A stretch of 64,000 nt of DNA from Felis catus (GCF_018350175.1 NC_058368.1:98954001-99018000); one strand, 5' to 3'; shown: positions 12,425 through 24,845, numbered from the stretch's first letter. Made by a program: numbers and translations. The notes: generated by a model not told the origin, from the sequence alone.

Positions 12425-12800
12425 TTGTGGTATATCCAGGCTATAAAATGGAACAAACTACTTAGACCTACAACATTGATGAATCGTAAAACATTATGTT
12501 GGGCTACGTAGGGCACAAAAGAGCACATACTATATAAACCCATGTATTTATAATTACAAAACAGGTAAAACTAATACACAGTAACAGAGCTTAACAGTTA
12601 CTCCCTTGGCCAGAGGTAAGGGAGGGTAGAATGCAAATAGCCAAATGGAAAATTTGGGGTGTTATTGGAAATATTCCACTGGGGTAATGATTTTCTGGGG
12701 ATCCACAGTTGACAAACACATTGAATTTGTTAACTTAAAATAGGTGCTTTGTATTGCATGTAAATCATAGCTCTCTGGAGTTAATCGGTAAAAACAAAAC
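12425..12800 (+). mobile_element. Ancient L1 (L1MC/L1ME-like) 3' end
   Basis: 'cacaaaagagcacatactatata', 'aaaacaggtaaaactaat', 'ttgcatgtaaatcatagctc'. Confidence 0.75.
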
Positions 12801-13880
12801 AAAAATCTAGTGTGGTGACAGAATGGAGGCAGAGAGGCTAGCTATGGTGCTGTGAATAATCTGACTGAGCAGTAGTGGTTTATATGGTAGAAATGGGGAA
12901 CTAGGAAATAGGTTTAGGATAGGTCTTTGAGGCAAAATTGAACATGATATGTTGATGATTTGGTAGGTATACTTGAGAGTGGGGATCTCTGATGGATAGC
13001 AAGAAATCAACAAAAATCCTTAAGTTTGATTTGAGAAACTGAATTAAGTTGTTTATTCAAAGAAGCTAATGTCAGACAGTAGCTAGTTTGGTGGATGGAT
13101 CCTGTGGAGAATCAAGAGTTCTGTTTGGGCTGTGTTAATTTTAAGAAGTTTACTGAAACACCTGTGGACAGATATCAAGCAGGGGGTCAATGTGTGAGTC
13201 TAGAGTTCTAGGGCAAATGTGGATCTAAAGGTACAGACATGGAAGTCATAGCAAACAGGTTCTACTTGAAGCCAGAGACTTGAAAAGCTGTCACTTAGAG
13301 AGAAAACTTATTTAGAGCTGATAAGAGCTCCGGGGACATGCACTGGTTCAGCAGGGGAAAAAGAACCAGCAAAGAAGGCTGTAATGAAGCCGCTAACAAA
13401 GTAGGCAGTCAATCACAAGTATGTGGGGTTCTAGACATCAGGAGATGAGAAAGTTTTAGGAAGAAAGATGTGCAATTGTGCTGACATCAATGGATCATTG
13501 TGGTTAAGATGAGGAAAGAACATTGACCTCTGGACAAATTTTTGTAGTGGCTCTGATGAGATATCTCTCTTGAAATAGAGAGGCAGAAACCTGATTGGAG
13601 GACATTTAGAAGATCCTACAACACGACTCTTAAGTTTGTCAAGAAAATTTACAATTAACTGGGGAAAAGTGGAGCAATGGCAGAAACGATTCACATCAAG
13701 GTCAAGGGAGGTTTTATTTGGTTTGTTTCACAGAGAACAGTATTAGTGTGTGTTTGTATGCTGGTGGTAATAGGACATCAAGAAGTGAGAGGTTATTGAT
13801 GCAGGAGAGGGAGTGTTTGACAAGACTGTGAAGATGAGAAGACATAGGATGCAAACATTAGGTGCAGGGATTGGCATTTA
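12800..13880 (-). mobile_element. L2 internal portion
   Basis: Purine-rich; 'atcaagagttctgtttgggctgtgttaattttaag', 'ttaagatgaggaaagaacattgacctctgga'. Confidence 0.8.
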
Positions 13881-14781
13881 ATACCATATTTCATTTTGGG
13901 AAATGACAGCATCATGCTGAGGGAATGTATTACTGTCATTGTTCTCTATGCTTTCATACTCAATGGAGGACTAAACAAAATAAACTCAGCAAAATAAGTT
14001 TTGGTTACAGTTAAGATTTGGTTAAAATTCTCTGATGCATATTTTTTTTTTTTTTTGGTTTGAAATAAGTGATTTTCCCAGTTTTGTGTATTCTTCAGGA
14101 GTATCTTGCCTTCATTAGGCAACTACTATAAAATTAAAATGAAAATAATGCATTTTCTAAAGGTTACACAGTGTGAGGTTGTTTTCGTTGAAGAAAACAT
14201 GAACAATTTTATTCAGAAGAAAAGGATAGTTTCACCTGAGCCACTAATGAGGCTGGAAACAAAAGACAGAACCTTTGAATTTGGTAACGTCTTTTGTTCA
14301 GAAGAATATAGTCCTTGAAAAGTCTGCTGCCACAGTAGCAGCCTAGGGCCCTGTTAGATGTCACAAAATTGCACACCAGTCACTAATGAAAGGTTGCATT
14401 TCAATAGTTCTTTAACAGCCTCTGACAACCATTCAGAGCTAATGGCACTCTATCTAATGTGGTGATTGGTGCTGGTGAAATATTTAAGGGTCATAGCAAG
14501 AATGGAGGAAACAGCTATGACTGAAATCCCGTGAAACAAAGGATATCTTACAAATGAGAAGAAAACTTGAGATTGTGACAGTCTGATCGCAAGTCTCGGG
14601 GGGAAAAAATGACCCAATTATTTTCCCAAATACTGGCATTTAAGATTTTAGTACTTCGATAGGGATGACTACCAAATCTATAAGAGAATCTCCACTGTCA
14701 CAGAGAGATATGGGGTTTGGACTCTTCTCTTATTTCTCCTACCTCCTTCAAGCAGAGATAATAACACTACATGCAGCCTTT

Positions 14782-15320
14782 ATATCAGCTAGGATCCTTT
14801 AAGATCAAGTAACCTAATAGTGGCTTAAACAATGAGAACAATGTGCTACCTCAAATCACAAGAACTCAGAAGGTAGGCTTTATCAGAGCTGGTTACTTCA
14901 GTGGCTCCATGATATGAGGGATCCTGGTCACTTTCTTTGGGAGTCTCTAGACTTTCCCTTTTGGAGCATAGCAAGATGGTACCGGCAGAGGGGCCTCACA
15001 TGGCAATGCTAAAAGGCAGGAAATTAACTTTTTTTATTTCCTCTTTTTTAATTATGAGGAAAATGATCCCGGAAGTCTCTCTGTAGACTTTCCACTTTTT
15101 GTTTTTCTGTCACAGCACTGTGTCTAACAAATCACTGATAAGGAAAATAGAATTATAACAATTGGCATAGACTAATGAACATTCACTCCTTGGGATGGGG
15201 AAGACCTCTAAGGATGCTTAAAAAAAACAAAAACAAAAAACAAAAACTAGTTTCTAAATAAAGCTGGGGTTCTGCCAGCAAAATAGAAGTCATGCCTAAT
15301 GACTATTGAGAAGACGGAGA
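14782..15320 (-). mobile_element. Old MaLR LTR (MLT1J/K/L-like)
   Basis: 'tatatcagctagg...agtggcttaaacaa', 'gcaagatgg', 'ctggggttctgccagcaaaa'. Confidence 0.7.
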
Positions 15321-15969
15321 AATGCATGCAAAGTGATTATTAGCACAGTGGCTGATGGACAAAAGTATTTGGTAAATATTAGCTGCTTTTATCATCCTAT
15401 CAGAGCCTCTCTGGTGGAAATAAAGTAAATGACACTAGCCTCATATCCCAGACTGTATACTCTGCCCTCCATCTGATCTGTCATCAAATTGTATAGTTAA
15501 CTCTTTACTGTAACTTTACTTTCTCCCACTTGGTTCTTGTCATCCTATTTGTCTCGCTCAAAAGCTGATACTAAGTTGTCTGTCTTCAGCCTTGCCTATG
15601 GTAGCCCATCTTTCATGTGGTAGCCCATTTGACCTTTCTGAAGCCAGATCTGATAAAGATCACCATCTTCCTTAATATGTTGTAACATTTCCTCAATACA
15701 TTACACCTGAAGGTTAAACTCTTCTGAATGATATCCATGTAGCCACTCTGCCATGCTAGTGGATGGAGGCTCCTCTCTCCAGCAGCTGTCCCATCTGGAA
15801 CATATAGTCCCCTTGATGACCATAGTGTGGGAGGAGAAAAACAGAAGACTCACACTTGGAGTCTCCCTTGTGTACAGTCAGGTACCCTGCCTGGCTCTGA
15901 GAGGGCTGAGAAGAGCCATCTTTCATTCACCAAGAAGGGAAGGAGGACATGTTTTTAAGGACCACTATT

Positions 15970-16328
15970 TTGATAGATGCAGAGAGATATCTCCCAGATT
16001 TCCTTTCAAGGAGGGAGTGTCTGCCAAAGTGCAGGGAGTTTGTCTATCATCAGTAGCTGAAAGTTGCTTTGTCTGAGGTCAGGCCCCTCCTGGGGCTCCC
16101 CACCTTCTAGAAGTATAAAGACCTATCTCCACCCACTCACACAACTTTGAGGTGCATTGCTTATTTAAAAGCTCCCTTGGGTGGTGCTGGGGCAGGGGGG
16201 AGGCTTGCCTCACAGTTTGACTTGTCTTCCCTACCCTGCTTCATCCTTTCCTTCATAGTTCTGATCCCTTACAAATATCCCAAGTTGTACGTGATTTTCT
16301 GCTTCTGAAAAATCACAACCTGCAACAA
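15970..16328 (+). mobile_element. ERVL LTR16-family solo LTR
   Basis: 'cccagatttcctttcaaggaggg', end 'tctgcttctgaaaaatcacaacctgcaaca'. Confidence 0.6.
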
Positions 16329-16699
16329 CTAGCCATTTCTACCAGTGAATCTGTTAGCTCTCAATTCTTCTGCCTTGATTATCATTTTCTGATTTAAATC
16401 TTTTCACTCCAAATAGGTAGAAATCATTACTGTCCCCTGAAAGCATCACTGAGATTTTTGCAGATGAAATATCATTTATAGAGTACTTACATGCTGCTGA
16501 GGGCTCTCTTTCACTCTGTAATTCTAAAGCTGCCTATGATTAAACACATGCATAGAAGAGTCATCGGCTGAGACCCAGTAATTATTAAACCAGAGAATTT
16601 AGACTCAGATTTCTCCTTGACCCATTACACCTTTAAAACTTTACAGCCTATTTTCTTTTTAACTATGTTCAGTAGTCACTGCATGGGGCATCCTTTCCC

Positions 16700-16955
16700 T
16701 CTTTGCTTTGAGAGGCTCACTGGTATTCACCCAGCTCAGCATCTACACCTTCAAAAAGCCTTCTGTAGTTACCCCTGCCCTTGCACGGGTGTCATCTGTG
16801 TTGCTGCTATAACTAATACCCAAAACTTCTGTCCTTATCATTGCACTTGTTATTACCACATCATAATCCTTTTTGCCTCTCTAGCATTCCTGATGCCTGG
16901 TCGGTGCCTGGTGCCCTAGTGCCTTACCTACCTCTCAAAAGGATTTTGAGTGATG
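16700..16955 (+). mobile_element. L2 3' end fragment
   Basis: 'aagccttctgtag', 'ggtgcctggtgccctagtgcc...tttgagtgatg'. Confidence 0.45.
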
Positions 16956-17684
16956 TATGCGTCAGCACATTTAGGTATTGAAAGCATTTACAGAATGAAT
17001 TTAATCATATTTTCCCCCCTCTAGCTTTGCACGGACTTCACCATACTAGAGGACTCAATTAAAAAAGGAAAAAGATAGTGCCATTACTCAATGTGTGAAA
17101 TGAGCATTTGCGAGTCTAGAGGAATTTGATTTTAAGATTACCTTCCAACTCTGATAATTGGCTATTCTCAGTTTGAACTACAGAGTGTAATCTAGCAGTG
17201 ATGACTGGGCAGATGTATCTAATGAGGAACCTTCCTGGACAGAACCTCTTCATGTCTTCACAAATCCACAGTCAGCACCTGTTACCTGGAAGACCTCTTC
17301 CAGTGTTACTCTTTCAGTAAGGCGAGACAATCCCATTAAAGCTGTATGTGTGTAACAGGAATTATGACTCACGTGAGTACTCATATTTTGGTTCTCTTCT
17401 CTGTCTGCCAGTACTACCCCTGTTGTTTTATTTGCATATTAAGCAGGTGAGAGGAAAAGTGCTGAGCAAAATCTTCTATGGGTTCAGATGAAGTTGATGG
17501 TAGGAGGAGGAGGGGGTATAATATTCAGATGTTAATTTTTTGTGTGGCTATTCCATGTATTTCTGTATAAGACAGTAAATTTTTGTCTCGTGAGTTAAAT
17601 GATGAGACATTTCCTATGAGTTTAATAATTGCCGTTTGAAGAAAGAAGAATGGAATGATTTGAAAGCTGGAAAAGTCTGAAAAT

Positions 17685-17902
17685 TGGGTGGCTCATTCGG
17701 TTAGGCATCCCGACTCTTGATTTCGGCTCACGTTGTGCTCTCAGGGTCTGTAAGCCCTGCATTAAGGCTCTGCACAGGTGGTGTGGAGCCTGCTTGGGAT
17801 TGTCTCTCTCTTCCTTTCTCTCTCTCTCTCTGCCCTTTCCCCACTTGTGCTCTCTGTCTCTTTCAAAGTAATTACAAAAACACTTTAAAAATAACATTTT
17901 AA
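17685..17902 (+). mobile_element. Can-SINE, slightly 5'-truncated
   Basis: tgggtggctcattcggttaggcatcc, (CT)n, degenerate A tail. Confidence 0.9.
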
Positions 17903-18108
17903 ACATTATGATTGGATGGCAGGATGAAATATTGCCTGGTTGAAAATGTATCAGGATTAGGAAGATAGGAAGGAACTGGCATCAGTCAAAAAGAACGTGA
18001 AGAGTATCTGTTAGAACAAGCATGCACAAAATTAAATATGGTACAGGACTTATGTTCACTTAGAAGGCACTGATAATAAAATGCTGAAATTGGTAGATAC
18101 TCTTAACC

Positions 18109-18324
18109 TTTTTTTTTTTTAATTTAATGTTTATTTTTGAGAGAGAGCATGCACGTAAGTGAGCAGGGGAGGGGCTGAGAGAGAGGGAGACACAGAATCT
18201 GAAGCAGGCTCCAGGCTCTGAGCTGTGAACACAGAGCCTGACGTGGGGCTTGATCTCACAGGCCACGAGATCATGACCTGAGCTGAAGCTGGATGCTTAA
18301 TGTACTGAAACACCCAGGCGCCTC
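18109..18324 (-). mobile_element. Can-SINE (SINEC_Fc type)
   Basis: Full antisense body; TSD actc(a)ttaaccttt. Confidence 0.95.
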
Positions 18325-19877
18325 ACTCATTAACCTTTGCTACCCAGCATCCCCCAAGTCTCCATGGTTCAGCATCTAAAGGGTTAAGCCTGGTTTGTCA
18401 GGACACCTGGAGGACCCAAAATTCCTGTTGTCACTTGTGTCCTTCCTGATGGATGAGTGCCATTCTGATCATCACCTCTGATGTACATGAATGTTGAAAC
18501 ACTTTTTCTCTGTAAGCAGCAAAAATCTCCCAACATTTATTAAATTAAATTTTAATGTAACATCCATTTTCATGCCATTTCTGTGCATTTGAGGCTCCTA
18601 GAGTAGGAGCTGATTGAATTCATGAAATCTGTTGCTCCTGCCTCCTTCTCCCAGGTCTCATTCTTTGAGGGCACAAGAGTGTGGCCTTATCTTCACAGCA
18701 GCTCATTCAATAGATCTCAGATGTCTTCCTCTGGTTTATTTTGGAAACCTCAGTCAGCAAAATGACTTTAGTCCATCATCTCCCCTCATCCAGTGGAAAC
18801 CCATTCTGTCAAGGGATTCTACTTTTCCTGAGGCACTTAGCACCTACCAACAATAAACATTTTTCTTCTGAACAGGTAGAGATAAAGCAGAGGAAACACA
18901 TAAACAGACACACACAGACACACACAGACACACATACACTAAAAAGACTTTTTACTGATTATAAACCAGGAAGCAAATGACATCTTGCACCTCATACAAT
19001 AAAAATCAGCTTCTGCTTCTGAAAATCAGTTATCCCAGCTCAACAAGCAACTGATCATTACCATTGTGGTGGTAATAGAATGCAATTTGTTTATTGAGGG
19101 TAGTGGAAAACTTAGCAGTTAATAGCATGCAGTAGTACAGAGAATATGGAAGGCCTTACATTCTCTCATGTAGAATGGAGTAATGTTTAACCCTTGGTAG
19201 TGACTGAGTTTAAAACTGTGACAATTAAAAATTCAGTAACAATCTTAAGTCTACTCTGCTAAGTGTACTTCAGAGAGTATTACTGTGTGAATAACAAATG
19301 AAAATTATGCAAATGGAAAAAAAATAAACCACTCCATAAAAGAACCGTGTGGAGAGATGATAACCTCCTTCGTGGAACGTACTTTATAAAAAAAAAAAAA
19401 AACAGAAAAAGCCTTTATCAATCATTGCATAGGAAAAGCTGCCATTAATCTACGACAGTTCTTCCAAAGAGAGTATCGTCTTCCAGGTGGAGAGTCCATT
19501 TGCCTAGTTGAATGAAAAGGGAGCATTTCCTATAACTTTTACTTCACTCCTTATTGCCATGTGCTTTGAATAAAACAGTCACCGTTATTTTTCATAGAAA
19601 AAGTTACATATCATGTCCATGCAATTCAGAATCTAAGTATGTACATAGTTTGTTGGTTTCATTGTAATTATTGTTAAATGTAAAAGTACAAAGATGGGAC
19701 ATTAGAATCCCCTTTGTGAGCAGGAGAATTCCATGTTGTGGCAAGATGGGCACAGTGAAGGTTACAGATAAAATTCATCTAACTTTAGGGGCCTGCAGAA
19801 GCCAGCACCTAAGTACATGTCAAAGTAAGGCCATATTTCCCAGCTCTAACAGAGCTCCATTTTCAGACATTCTTTGT

Positions 19878-20090
19878 ATTTTTTTTTAATACTTGTTTAT
19901 TTTTTTGAAGGAGAAAGAGATAGAGCTTGAGCAGGGGAGGGGCAGAGAGAGAGGGAGGCACAGAATCTGAAGTAGGCTTCAGGCTCTGAGCTCTCAGCAC
20001 AGAGCTTGAATTGGGGCTTGAACTCACAAGCTGTGAGTTCATGACCTGAGCCAAAGTGGGACAGTTAACTGACTCAGCCACCCACATGGC
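19878..20090 (-). mobile_element. Can-SINE (SINEC_Fc type)
   Basis: Antisense body; TSD acattctt. Confidence 0.95.
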
Positions 20091-20842
20091 ACATTCTTCT
20101 TATTTTTAAGACTACAACCCATCAGCGGCCCTTGAACCCTCCTATACTTTATCCTCCCCTCTTGTCCTTCTGTCTTTCGACCCTTTGCCATTCATCTATC
20201 CTTCCAGTTCTCTCTCCTTCAAACTAGTACCCAGCACCTGCTATGAGGTCAGCCACAGGCTGATAGAATGGCTAGATGAGTAAGTTAGATGCTTATTGTT
20301 AGCAGGGCCTTTATTTTTGCCTCTTCCCCCTCTAGACTTACATTTGCTTTCCCACCTATCACATAGGGCATCAACCTATTGAAATCCCCTATATCTTTCT
20401 GCTTTAAAATTAAAAAAAAAATGGCTCCTTTCTTGTCCCATGAAATCCTATCAGAATATCTCACACTAACATGGCAGGGATGATGATGGAGGGGTGATAT
20501 CCCTCACACACACATTTTCATTTTATCGTCAATATCCTGAATTGTGTTTACCTCTAAAGGAGGTATCACCCTGTAAGAATTGTGTGTTCTTAGGTAAGAC
20601 AATAAAGGATATTTTTGAGAATGTGGGTCTTGAGAAAAGAATTTGTGAATGTTGTTCATAGTTGAGATTATGGAAAAAAGATAGTTTAGGAAGCAGTTAG
20701 TCTTCTGGTCCATTCTCAGCTTGGCCATTTACTCGTTATGTGAAGCTGGGACCTTTGGTTTCATCATCTGAATTCAGTAATGGGAATTAAGTCAACTGTA
20801 AGTTGTAAGGTATCATAGGTTGATAAGTTTACAATATAATTC

Positions 20843-21058
20843 TTTTTTTCACTTTTAAAACAATGTTTATTTTTGAGAGACAGAGACAAAGAGAGAGCAT
20901 GTGCACGGGGTGGGGAGGGGCAGAGAGAGAGGGAGACAGGATCCAAGGCAGGGTCTGCGCTGGGAAAGAGCCAGATGCGGAGGGCTCCAATTCAGGAGCC
21001 ACAAGATCATGACTTGGGCCGATATCTGATGCTTAACTGACTGAGCCACCTGGCGCCC
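20843..21058 (-). mobile_element. Can-SINE
   Basis: Antisense body ending ggcgccc. Confidence 0.93.
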
Positions 21059-21357
21059 TAGTTTATAATTCTTAAACTGTTCATATCCCTAACTTTTCTT
21101 TGTGCATGTATCTAAAGTCGCATTAATTAGAAGTTAGATCAGTAAGATATTTTGCCACTATTTCTGGATGTCTGTGCCGCTTGCCCTTTGCCAGCCTGTG
21201 TGGTTACAAGGCTGTGGGGGTCTACTTGAGCTGGTTGGTTCTACTTCCGAAGACTTGATGTGTTTCTTTCATATTAACGTTTCAGTGTCATCGCATTGAT
21301 GGCTGGGAATCAGTCATAGTGGGAGAATTTAACAAACACTACAAAATAACGTTCTTT

Positions 21358-21703
21358 TGTAGCCAAAGAAAAATACATGTTAAACCTTTACCGGCACACC
21401 ATTGCCGAAAGAACTCAGGCAGAGATTGAGACAAAAGCTTCTTTCTTCTTTTCCCAAATAACAGAAGAGGGTTCTGCAAGTCATGAGTTTCCGTTTTCCT
21501 AAGATGGTGCCCTTGTGCTAGGAGGGAAGCATATCTCCAAATCCTCCCCAAATCCACTTCTGCCTTCTAACCAAGGCAGTTTAATGCTATCTCCTGCCTT
21601 TTATTTCAACACAGTTCAGTTTCTCTCCGTGGCTGTAATAGTCTTGATTCCCTAATGCTATAGTCTTGAATGAAGTCTTGCTAGCCTCTGGTTTTTCTTT
21701 GAA
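21358..21703 (+). mobile_element. Possible ERV1-class LTR fragment
   Basis: 3' end 'tagtcttgaatgaagtcttg...tttttctttgaaa' resembles MER34/MER39-type U5. Confidence 0.4.
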
Positions 21704-22643
21704 ATTTCCCTGCTCCCATTTTTTTTCTTTTTTTTGCAAAGTCAATCTGTATTTATAACTCTCTCAAAGTCCAAATTTCAAATACCCCTTCTAATGTGAG
21801 GTAGTGAGTGGCTCTGAGCTGTCAAATTCTTTTATTAGATATTCTGTATTAAACATTTTTCTAAAATAGAAAAAAAGTATATGTATTTACAGAGAATCCC
21901 AGGTTTAATTTTATGAGCATGATTTAAAATGCACTTAGTGGCTTCTTTTTTTTTTTTTTTTTAAATACAAAAGTGCTATTTGCAAAGTACAAATGGAAAA
22001 TACAAAGTTGTTCTTTTAGTTCCTCAAACTTTCCTCAGGTTCTGCAGGTTATTTCACACAGCTGTGCTTTATGAGAGGCATCCAACCATATTTATTCAGC
22101 AGTTTCTGTGGGGCAGGGAGCTCGGAGCTCTTGCCCAGAATTAGCATAAGTAACCAGCACATTCCTGGTTGTCAGGCACATTTGCGCCTGCACATCACAC
22201 TCCAGGGAGGCATAACACAGACCTGCAAAGTAGTGCTTCCACACATTTAAGCTCTGAGCTTCTAGCCCTACCTATCACTTCAAAATGCAAATTCCTCCTT
22301 TAATGTTTGAGTATTTCTGCCTGTGTCTTCTTTTCTCACTAAATGATCCCTCTTCCCCCACACCAAGGTGGGGGCTCTGGCAATTGCAGACCCTTTGCCT
22401 GGAACCTTGAGAAATGCAAAGCTTTCACTTTCTACCCCCTTTGTCCTCCTTTTTATTCTCTGTGACCTCCATGTCTAACAACTACTTCTGGAGGGGCTCA
22501 GGCTGACAGATGAGCCCCTGTGTGTCTTCCCACCTCAGTGACTCACAGAAGTAGATCTCAGTCTTGTGATGGCACTGGGGAGAGTGGCTTCTTAAGAATA
22601 CTTGAGCGTTCTGCATTTGCCTTTGAAAGTGTTAAAAAGAAAA

Positions 22644-22856
22644 GCACAGGTGGCTCAGTCAGTTAAGCATCCAGCTTTGGCTCAGGTCATGATCTCGTGG
22701 TTGGTGAGTTCGAGCCCCGTATCAGGCTCTGTGCTGACAGCTTGGAGCCTGGAGCCTGTTTCAGATTCTGTGTGTCTCTTTCTCTGCCCCTTCCTCATTC
22801 ATACTCTGTCTCTCTGTCTCTCAAAAATAAACAAACATTAAAAAGAAAAGAAAAGA
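22644..22856 (+). mobile_element. Can-SINE (SINEC_Fc type), first of tandem pair
   Basis: ggtggctcagtcagttaagc to aaaataaacaaacattaaaaag. Confidence 0.93.
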
Positions 22857-23083
22857 GGGGCGCCTGGGTGGCTCAGTCGGTTAGGCGTCCGACTTCAGCT
22901 CAGGTCATGATCTCACAGTTTGTAAGTTTGAGCCCCGCATCAGGCTCTGTGCTGACACCTCAGCACAGAGCCTGTAGCCTGTTTCAGATTCTGTGTCTCC
23001 CTCTCTGTCTGCCCCTCCCCTGCTCTCGCTTTCTTTCTCTCTCTCAAAAATAAATAAACTTTAAAAAAAGAAAGAAAGAAAAG
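22857..23083 (+). mobile_element. Can-SINE (SINEC_Fc type), inserted in the tail of the previous copy
   Basis: ggggcgcctgggtggctcagtcggtt, (CT)n, A-rich tail. Confidence 0.95.
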
Positions 23084-23279
23084 ATAGCTAGATACAGATT
23101 GAAGTGATCTTCGTGTGCATCTATAACCAGCTCCAAACAATCAGATTTCAGTTATTCGGCTTACTGTGGGCAGGGACCAGGACCCACTATTAACTGTAAC
23201 TGGGTTCATCTCTTGGTGGGTGTCTAGCCAAAAGACACAACCAAGACAAAAAATAGGGAAAGGAAGTGTTTTATTTATA

Positions 23280-23990
23280 GTGTTTTCTTTGGATATCTTT
23301 CTAAGTCAGCAATGACTGTACATAAACTTTGTTTAAACCAAAAGCCTGACTTTATGACCCACCAAGCATACATTGTACACCTGCTTTGTAGATGTGGAGC
23401 CTAAAAGAAAACCATATTGTCCTTTAGTATCTATCAATGCTCCTACTTCCTACACTCCTTGACATTAAAACTTGTGAAGTAAAATAAACATTAAAAAAAC
23501 TTTTTTTTGGGGCGCCTGGGTGGCGCAGTCGGTTAAGCGTCCGACTTCAGCCAGGTCACGATCTCGCGGTCCGTGAGTTCGAGCCCCACGTCAGGCTCTG
23601 GGCTGATGGCTCAGAGCCTGGAGCCTGTTTCCGATTCTGTGTCTCCCTCTCTCTCTGCCCCTCCCCCGTTCATGCTCTGTCTCTCTCTGTCCCAAAAATA
23701 AATAAACGTTGAAAAAAAAAAAAATTAAAAAAAAAACAAAACTTTTTTTAAGATAAAAAAATAAGCAAAACAAAAAAAACCTTGTGATTCCTGCTTGTAT
23801 GCTAATCTATAATCTTTTGAGCTTTGACAAGATATAAAAAGTATATAAGTCTGTGAAAACTGTTCATTCTCTACAATACTTTTCATGTGAAGAGCATGTT
23901 TCCTGGGCAGCTGTCCAAACTTTGGCTCGATTGAAACTCTCTTTCTTACTTTTAGAGATTCTAAAAGGTTTGTTCATTTTATATCAGCAG
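23280..23990 (+). mobile_element. ERV1-class LTR-like remnant interrupted by SINE insertions
   Basis: TATA-like 'tataaaaagtatataag' then 'cctgggcagctgtccaaactttggctcgattgaaactct', typical of ERV1 LTR R region; ends ca. Confidence 0.5.
23509..23737 (+). mobile_element. Young SINEC_Fc
   Basis: Most CpGs retained, 'gcgcagtcgg', 'cagccaggtcacg', 'aaacgttgaaaa'; TSD aaaacttttttt. Confidence 0.97.
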
Positions 23991-24174
23991 ATGTTTTGGC
24001 CTAGATACTATCCTTTATTATCTTTAAGCATTAACACACCCAGAAGATATGAAAGCCCCGGCTTTACTTGCTTATTTTTGTTAACCCCAAATAAAAGGGA
24101 AATGGATTTGGGTAGAGATTACACATGACAAACACAAAATTCATTCTCCTACCTGTAGATGACTTTTATTTAAG

Positions 24175-24265
24175 ACAAATATTTTTATCAAATCATCACG
24201 TTGTGCACTTGAAATACCTTACAATTTTGTTTGTCAGTTATACCTCAGTAATGCTCAATACTAAA
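24175..24265 (+). mobile_element. Short L1 3'-terminal fragment
   Basis: 'atcaaatcatcacgttgtgcacttgaaat...tttgtcagttatacctcagtaa'. Confidence 0.7.
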
Positions 24266-24436
24266 ATAATGGTTTTTCAAGAGCACTTTTGTATTGGTGA
24301 ACATAAAACATAATTTGAATCTGGCACATCCGTAAGTATTGTTTGAAATGCAGACAAGATGTCAGCAAGCACTTCCCAGAGTTTACAAAATGCAGAAAGG
24401 ATTCTCCTGCAAAGCCACAGTTGTCTTCCACAGCAT

Positions 24437-24845
24437 TGTTAACCTGCCAGTTGTATTACCAGCAAAAAAGTGGGTTTATGTGGGAATAGCAGAGAATTGG
24501 AATCAGGATAAGCAAGCTACAGCAAACTCATACACAAATCAACTGAACAAAGGAGGAAAAGGGGTAAGTTGGGAAGACTGTTATAAAGTCTATTAGAGTA
24601 AATTGGGAGTTGGAAGTGTAGTGGCTTTTCCTTGGCTGAGCTGTGGCTGTCTTCTATTGGCTGGGCTGTTGCTAGGGGAGGAAGAAAGCCTTTCTTCCTC
24701 CTGCTGAGGGAGCAAAGTAGTATGTATCTGAAAGGCCATCTCTTCCTGTTGGGGTCTGCAATTGATGACAAGTGGTAGAACATGATAACTCCCCCTGCTG
24801 GCCTCATGACTTCATTGTAGTGAGGTTTCCAGTTAGTAATTTTCA
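24437..24845 (-). mobile_element. ERV1-class solo LTR, carnivore-type
   Basis: tg..ca termini; on the minus strand CCAAT box (attgg ~24656), TATA-like site and poly(A)-signal-like 'cataaa' in LTR order. Confidence 0.55.

Noticed and set aside
14506..14521. Vector contamination
   Set aside because: Match stops at 16 nt; neither flank continues into lac operator or lacZ sequence
9568..16328. Two LTR16-like elements as paired LTRs of one provirus
   Set aside because: They look like different subfamilies and the interval is mostly L1, L2, MaLR and unique DNA rather than ERV internal sequence
17196..17300. C/D box snoRNA starting at GTGATGA
   Set aside because: No CTGA D box or terminal stem at a suitable distance
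18632..18880. Coding exon after 'ccttctcccag'
   Set aside because: Peptides unrecognisable, donor weak, no partner exons
22104..22140. miRNA-like hairpin gggcagggagctc-g-gagctcttgccc
   Set aside because: Stem too short and bulged for a pre-miRNA; expected by chance in 64 kb
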